NCBI GenBank assembly: GCA_041481635.1
Contig: JBGPCF010000001.1
Coordinates: 18,044 to 82,043 of the forward strand
Origin: Terriglobia bacterium
GTDB taxonomy: Bacteria > Acidobacteriota > Terriglobia > UBA7540
Direction of reading: 5' to 3'
DNA: 64,000 nucleotides
The translations under genes and the position numbers were made by a program. The notes beneath the pieces are model-generated. The model was not told the origin of the DNA. It was given only the letters and a program-made list of their open reading frames with translations, and did not search any database. The first letter of the stretch is position 1. Each line of letters starts with the position of its first letter. Below, piece after piece: positions 58,410 through 64,000 of the stretch.

Positions 58410-60080
58410 TCACCCCTTTAGGTTGAGCGTGGGGAGAAACTGCGGCGCCTTGCGCAGCTTCGTGGCTTGCTCGAATGCGTAGGCCAGCTTGATCAACACC
58501 GGCTCGCTGTAAGCCCTGCCGAAAAAAGAAATCCCAATCGGAAGACCAAAGACGAACCCAGCAGGAACGCAGATGTTGGGATAGCCCGCGACCGCGGCCG
58601 GGCTGGAGCTGCCTCCCGTATCGTGGTCACCGTTCACCAGGTCGGTGGTCCATGCAGGCCCGCCGGCCGGGGCCACGATGGCATTTAGATGGAATTCTTC
58701 CATCACCGCGTCAATCCCTTCCGTGCGCGACAGGCGGTGATTCTTCTCCAGCGCATCCAGATAGGCCTTGTCGGTGAGCGGCCCCTTTGCCTCCGCCTTG
58801 ATAAAGACATCCTGGCCAAAATAAGGCATCTCGCGTTCGCGATTTTTTTCGTTGAATTCGATGATCTCTTTCAGCGTATGGACGGGCGCGCCAGGTCCCA
58901 GCGTGGCGAGGTATGCATTGAGGTCAGTCTTGAGTTCGTAGAGGAGCACGTCAAACTCGGAATCACCGAATTTCTCCGCGGTCTCAATGTCCGCGGGATC
59001 GACGATTACCGCGCCTTCATGCTTCAATGCGTCCAGCGCCTTTTCCATGAGCTGGTTCACAGCATCATTGGCGCCAAAAAGTTTTCGCGCCACGCCAATG
59101 CGCGCGCCTTTTAATCCCGCGGGATCCAAATAGGGCGTATAGTCCGATTGCGCCTTGCCGCGGCTCTCGGCGGTCGCGTTATCTTCAAGATCGAGTCCCG
59201 CCAACGCCCCCAATAAAATTGCGGCATCACTGACGCTTCTCGTCATCGGTCCGGAGGTGTCCTGGCTGTGCGCAATGGGAATGATGCCGGTGCGGCTCAC
59301 CAACCCCAACGTGGGTTTGATCCCAACCAGGCCGTTGACAGAGGACGGGCACACGATGGAGCCGTCCGTTTCCGTGCCGATCGCCACCGCCACGAGATTT
59401 GCCGACGCCGCAGCCCCTGAGCCCGAGCTTGATCCGCAGGGATTGCGGTCGAGCGCGTAAGGATTGCGCGTTAGTCCTCCGCGCCCGCTCCACCCGCTGG
59501 TGGAGTGGTTGGAGCGAATGTTGGCCCATTCGCTAAGATTTGTTTTCCCGAGTATTACCGCACCAGCTTCGCGCAGCCGTCTGGCCACGAACGAATCCTG
59601 GAGCGGGGCCGACCCTTGCAGCGCGAGCGAGCCGGCGGTGGTCGTCATGCGGTCGTGAGTTCCGATGTTGTCTTTGATGAGAACGGGGATGCCGTGCATG
59701 GGCCCGCGCGGCCCTTTGGCCTTGCGTTCCCGGTCCAGCTCGCCGGCAATGGCAAGCGCGTCGGGATTCAACTCAATGATGGAGTTGATCGCCGGCCCGC
59801 GCTTGTCGATGGCGTCAATCCTCGCCAGATATTTTTCTGCAATCGAGCGTGCCGTAAGCTGGCCGGATTTCATTTTCTCCTGAAGCGTCGCGATAGTCAC
59901 CTCGTCCAGCTCGAATGGCTTTACACGCTCGGGAGAACTCGCGCTTTCGCCCGGACGCCCAAGCGCCGCCATCCCCCGCCCCGCCGCGTTGGCCACCGCG
60001 GCTCCGAGCAATGTCGATTGGAGAAATCTCCTTCGGCTTTGGGATGAACTCCGTTGATTATCGTTTTTGCTTTTCTTCAA
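58410..60080 (-). CDS. Tat-exported amidase (amidase signature family)
   Basis: Twin-arginine signal SRRRFLQSTLLGAAVA. AS motif GSSSGSGAAASA. Catalytic Lys context PVLIKDNI. Confidence 0.9.
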   Translation of the reverse strand: MKKSKNDNQRSSSQSRRRFLQSTLLGAAVANAAGRGMAALGRPGESASSPERVKPFELDEVTIATLQEKMKSGQLTARSIAEKYLARIDAIDKRGPAINSIIELNPDALAIAGELDRERKAKGPRGPMHGIPVLIKDNIGTHDRMTTTAGSLALQGSAPLQDSFVARRLREAGAVILGKTNLSEWANIRSNHSTSGWSGRGGLTRNPYALDRNPCGSSSGSGAAASANLVAVAIGTETDGSIVCPSSVNGLVGIKPTLGLVSRTGIIPIAHSQDTSGPMTRSVSDAAILLGALAGLDLEDNATAESRGKAQSDYTPYLDPAGLKGARIGVARKLFGANDAVNQLMEKALDALKHEGAVIVDPADIETAEKFGDSEFDVLLYELKTDLNAYLATLGPGAPVHTLKEIIEFNEKNREREMPYFGQDVFIKAEAKGPLTDKAYLDALEKNHRLSRTEGIDAVMEEFHLNAIVAPAGGPAWTTDLVNGDHDTGGSSSPAAVAGYPNICVPAGFVFGLPIGISFFGRAYSEPVLIKLAYAFEQATKLRKAPQFLPTLNLKG

Positions 60081-60334
60081 GGCGCCACCTCAACTAGGTT
60101 GTTAAATATCCATGGCCAAGTCTTTCCAGCCCGTTTCCACGTAATGTCTCTGCCGGCAATTCTGTGCACTCTAGCACATTGTGGATGGGGAGCGACTTGG
60201 CTTTCGCAATCCTCCTCTCTGACGCCGCAAAAGGCAAAAAGGTAACTTGCAGCGGCCCCCGCTGAGATTGAGGTTGAACTTCGGCGCGCGAGCCGGAATA
60301 ATGAATGCCATTACTGAAGGCTAAGGGAGACTAC

Positions 60335-62431
60335 ATGACGCGCCAGAAGATTTCGTGGATGGTATTACCGGGTATTTTAATTCTCGCAGTCCAAGTTGCC
60401 GTCGGGCAAAAGATCTCGGTCGATGGCACTCCCGCGGATACGGGCTACAACGTCGGCTCGGTCGCCCTCATTCGTGCCACGCTGAAGGGAGTGTCGGGCG
60501 ATCCCAGCCGCTACGCGCTTTTCGCCAACATTCAGTATGTCGGCACCACGGCGGAGGCGAGCGTGCAGATGGATCAAAAATCGGAAGCAGCTCCGGGCGA
60601 GTGGCGCTACGAGGCCGAGTGGCCCATCCCCTCGGATGCACCCACCGGCGTCTACTCCGTGAATGTAAAGGTGGAAGACCGCAAGGCGCACAGCGTGGTG
60701 GCCACGGGCAATCTGCCCGGCTTTGCCGCCTACAAAAAATTGGTGCGCATTACGCGGGTCACTCTGAACAAGACTTTCTACGCTCCCGGGGAATCGATTG
60801 GGTGTGAAGTAGCCCTTGCGAACCTGACCGGAGCAGACCTGAAAAACCTGCGTGTCGAATTCTCCAACGCCAACTATCCATGGATATCCACCTTCTCCGG
60901 GGAAGCCAAACTTTCCGGCCAGAAGGTGGAGAACCCGGAACTGGGCTTGAAGGTGATGGTCGATCACCTGAATCTTGCGGCGCGCAACGAAGCGCTTATT
61001 CCCATGATGCCGGCGGGAACTGCGGCCTATCTCCAGGGCACTCAGGTGGCGGTGCTGGGCGCGGGCGGCCCGGCGCGAAGTTTCAAGCTTCCGCCTCCCG
61101 AGGTCGACACTTATACCATCGCCGTCTGGAATGAAGCGCGCACCATACTCTACGACATGCAGTTCTCACCGCAGGTGGTGGTGCGAGACCCCGCCCGCGT
61201 TTTGCCCAAGCCCTATAGCAGCCACAACTACACTCACGCCTACAACGATGAGATCGACTATAAGAAATATCGGGAATTCTACGCGCCCGGGGAAATGTCC
61301 TCAGCCATCACCGTGGACCACGCGCGGACACTCTTCCGGCCGGGCGACCAGACGACGGTCAAAGTAACTGTTAAGAACACCACGGCCGCGCCTTGGAGCG
61401 GAGTGGAGCTTCATGCTGAAATCGTAGATGGCCGCGGCAATCAACTCCACGTGGGCACGTTGGCGTCAGGGATGAATCTGGCTCCCCGGGAGTCCCGCAA
61501 CGTTGACGGCGATTTGGACAAAGTGCCCACCACCCTGCCTTCGGGAGACTACAAACTGTCATTGACGCTTGCTTCCGCCGATGCGAAACCTTTGGCGACC
61601 ACTACATCCGACCTAGCTGTAAATTCCCTGCCGGCATCCCTCCTCGTTTTCTGCCCGCACGAAGATGACGAGCACCCTTACGCGGGGCTGATACGCGCCG
61701 CGGTGGAAGCTGGAATCCCGGTGCGCGTGGTATTTTTCACGGGCGGTGATGTGGGCGAGTGCGAGCGCTACTTCAACAAACCCTGCGGGCCCAACGAAGC
61801 GCGCGAATTTGGGACGGTGCGCATGGAAGAGTCTACGGAGGCCCTCGAGCACATGGGCCTCACACGCGACCACGTGATGTTTCTAGGCTTGCCCGATGGC
61901 GGATCGGGTGCCATCTGGCGCGAAAACATTAAAGTATCGAATCCTTTTCTGGACATCTATCTTGCCACCAACCACGCGCCCTACGAAAACCTGGTAAAAC
62001 CCAATCTCCCGTATGCGCGCGACGCAGTGATTGACGTGGTGAAGCAAATCATCATGGATTTCCATCCCGCGATGATTGCTACTTCGCATCCCGACGAGCG
62101 GCACGTGGACCATCGCACGGCCAACTGGTTTGTGATTAAAGCCTGCCAGGAGCTGCTGCGTGACAAACGGATTGATCCACAAACCATTGTTCTGGCTGAT
62201 CAGTCCTATGGCGCCGGCGGGTTCAACCCCGCGCCATACAAATACGAAAAGTACACGGTCTATCTCAGCGGCGAGGCGGCGGCATTGAAACAGGAAATGA
62301 GTTGGATTTACCAATCACAGGACGGCAATCTCGCAGAGGGCGCGCGCCAGACCTTCGCCGAATTGCCTCGCGAGGAGGTTCACTACCGCATCCTCGATTG
62401 GCAGGAGCACGCCGGTTGGAATGAGCGATGA
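60335..62431 (+). CDS. secreted multidomain protein with C-terminal PIG-L/LmbE-family deacetylase domain
   Basis: ATG 60335 (after AAGGGAG) gives a signal peptide. Ig/CARDB-like N-terminal repeats. LmbE motifs VFCPHEDDEHPY and HPDERHVDHR. Confidence 0.7.
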   Translation: MTRQKISWMVLPGILILAVQVAVGQKISVDGTPADTGYNVGSVALIRATLKGVSGDPSRYALFANIQYVGTTAEASVQMDQKSEAAPGEWRYEAEWPIPSDAPTGVYSVNVKVEDRKAHSVVATGNLPGFAAYKKLVRITRVTLNKTFYAPGESIGCEVALANLTGADLKNLRVEFSNANYPWISTFSGEAKLSGQKVENPELGLKVMVDHLNLAARNEALIPMMPAGTAAYLQGTQVAVLGAGGPARSFKLPPPEVDTYTIAVWNEARTILYDMQFSPQVVVRDPARVLPKPYSSHNYTHAYNDEIDYKKYREFYAPGEMSSAITVDHARTLFRPGDQTTVKVTVKNTTAAPWSGVELHAEIVDGRGNQLHVGTLASGMNLAPRESRNVDGDLDKVPTTLPSGDYKLSLTLASADAKPLATTTSDLAVNSLPASLLVFCPHEDDEHPYAGLIRAAVEAGIPVRVVFFTGGDVGECERYFNKPCGPNEAREFGTVRMEESTEALEHMGLTRDHVMFLGLPDGGSGAIWRENIKVSNPFLDIYLATNHAPYENLVKPNLPYARDAVIDVVKQIIMDFHPAMIATSHPDERHVDHRTANWFVIKACQELLRDKRIDPQTIVLADQSYGAGGFNPAPYKYEKYTVYLSGEAAALKQEMSWIYQSQDGNLAEGARQTFAELPREEVHYRILDWQEHAGWNER

Positions 62432-62459
62432 ATTCCAGATGTGGGGGGCGTAAAGCTAA

Positions 62460-63923
62460 TCAGGTTTTCAAGCCGATTTCCGTTTTCATCCGGGAGATCA
62501 GCCATTCCGCTTCCAGTTTGTTGCGAATGGCGCTGGCCAGGACTACGTCCCTGCCATTTTGAAGCTTGAGTTTGATGTCGTAATACGGCGTGCCCGATCT
62601 CGACCCCGACTGCATGCCTATGGGCATGGAAATTCCGGCTATCTCCGAAAACGGCACGGTTCGGGTGGGCCCGATCCCCAGCAGCCCGCTGTGAACCCGC
62701 ACTTCACTCTGTCCAATGGTCACCTTTGAAGTCCCAAGCCAGAGCGAAAGAACCATCATCAGGAAGATCAAATCGAACAATCCGAAAAAGATGGGAAAGA
62801 TCAGCGGCGCCTTCATATGAATGATGAACCAAACCACTCCGGTCCACAGAAGAAAGAATACGGTAATACCGAATGCCACCCCTGCATTGCGCACCGCTGA
62901 GAAATCATATTCCGTTCCCCCAGATTCGCCGGGCCGCACCACAATTCCGGTATCAAGGGGTTTTTCGGCAGGAACGGGATCAATGACGGAAGAGAAAGAC
63001 GCCGCGGAAGCTTCCTCTGGCGCCGCGCTGGGGCTGTCTTTGGTGCGAAATACCGGCACTTCGAACAAGTCGTTGTAATCCACACCAGGCATTTGAGCGT
63101 CGGCCTGCAAACACCAAAGAATGGAATTCCTGGGATTCTCTGTGTAAGTGTCTACAGCGTCGATGGGAATTTTGAACGCGACGGGAACCACAGAGCCAAG
63201 CGGCCCGCCATGCACTTGTCCCGACGGCACAGAGGACTCCTCGCGCCAGAGAATCTTTTCATTGGTGCTCTGATTTTTTCCTGAACCGGATACTATCCGG
63301 TTGACGCACGACAGCTTTAATTGCACGCCACCCTCGGGCACCTCCGCAAAATTCACATGAATGGTCCCACGCAATTCCTTCCCAATTACGCCGGGAAGCG
63401 TGGTCAGGTCAAACCAGGTCTTGCCAAACTTCTCCCAGCGAATCGTCAGGCGCACAGCCAGGAAAAGCATGATCACGCCCACGAGCGGGAAAAGCATGGC
63501 CACCGCCATCGCTCCCGTTGAGGCTTCGGAGCGTGGCACGAGAAACAGAATGGGGCTTGAAACCAGGTTCCAAAGCAGGGCGAACACCCACATCGAGATC
63601 ATCGAGGTGCGTGTGGTGCTTTGAACCCGGCCTTGCGACCAATCCTCGCGCCACATCCAGGGCGACTCAGGGTAGAGTTGGCGTTTCAGGGCCAGCGCGG
63701 CCGCTTGTTTCTTGATTTTGGATTGCCCTTGCAACAATGCCGCGCCCGCCAACGAGAACGTCAGTCCGAACGCCGTCAGGCCAAAGACACTCAGCAAATT
63801 CACCGGGGAATTCAACGCCGTGCGCCCGGCGATCCCTAATACAAAAACACCGATGATTATGAACGGCGCGCAGAACAGAATGAGACATCCGGATTGGATT
63901 TTTGGATTAATGGTTGCAGGCAT
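62460..63923 (-). CDS. hypothetical multi-pass membrane protein with a C-terminal PH-like domain
   Basis: Long ORF (487 aa) with several hydrophobic helices, a central beta-rich soluble region and a C-terminal segment resembling bacterial PH domains. No family assignment possible by eye. Confidence 0.45.
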   Translation of the reverse strand: MPATINPKIQSGCLILFCAPFIIIGVFVLGIAGRTALNSPVNLLSVFGLTAFGLTFSLAGAALLQGQSKIKKQAAALALKRQLYPESPWMWREDWSQGRVQSTTRTSMISMWVFALLWNLVSSPILFLVPRSEASTGAMAVAMLFPLVGVIMLFLAVRLTIRWEKFGKTWFDLTTLPGVIGKELRGTIHVNFAEVPEGGVQLKLSCVNRIVSGSGKNQSTNEKILWREESSVPSGQVHGGPLGSVVPVAFKIPIDAVDTYTENPRNSILWCLQADAQMPGVDYNDLFEVPVFRTKDSPSAAPEEASAASFSSVIDPVPAEKPLDTGIVVRPGESGGTEYDFSAVRNAGVAFGITVFFLLWTGVVWFIIHMKAPLIFPIFFGLFDLIFLMMVLSLWLGTSKVTIGQSEVRVHSGLLGIGPTRTVPFSEIAGISMPIGMQSGSRSGTPYYDIKLKLQNGRDVVLASAIRNKLEAEWLISRMKTEIGLKT

Positions 63924-64000
63924 TGATGAAGGTAGTGTTCACAGGGCACTCGGCCTATTAGAGAATGTCCACCGTTCCTCGATCATGAAATGCAGCCTCG

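Overview
GC-rich chromosomal segment. The gene content (three tandem Hanks-type Ser/Thr kinases with TPR or TolB-like sensor domains, several ECF sigma factors, many large secreted proteins) suggests an Acidobacteriota-like soil bacterium; this is inference only. I can support about 55 protein-coding genes, mostly housekeeping, envelope or stress functions. In order: an antitoxin-like/VapC pair, peptidase MA-like and M23 peptidases, UPF0182, three kinases, two peroxiredoxins, hsp20-clpB-htpX, an ECF sigma/anti-sigma pair, and tilS-hpt-ftsH, folP and glmM (separated by inserted genes). Then GlpF, Rrf2-YezD-TauE, TetR-CPBP-amidohydrolase, MOSC, ferredoxin/HemJ/CDGSH, an IlvD/Edd dehydratase, a PBP-SpoIID pair, a DUF1175/alpha-2-macroglobulin cluster, a DsrE/rhodanese-persulfide dioxygenase/TusA sulfur cluster, an amidase and an LmbE-domain protein. 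I recognised no rRNA, tRNA, CRISPR array, transposase or integrase by eye. The most interesting signal is recoding that the ORF track hides. Two tandem peroxiredoxin genes each carry an in-frame TGA exactly at the peroxidatic-Cys codon, followed 14 nt later by an identical 22-nt hairpin, so they are candidate selenocysteine peroxiredoxins, both with export signals. A DsrE-like gene in the sulfur cluster is also interrupted by a single in-frame TGA, but that case is less clear. Secondary observations include a thioester-bearing alpha-2-macroglobulin in a DUF1175 context, a PIN toxin with an atypically large partner, overlapping palindromes at the hsp20 promoter, a possibly leaderless kinase mRNA, and a 57-aa zinc-ribbon ORF below the track cutoff. 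All motif, promoter and RNA-structure calls were made by eye and need computational confirmation.
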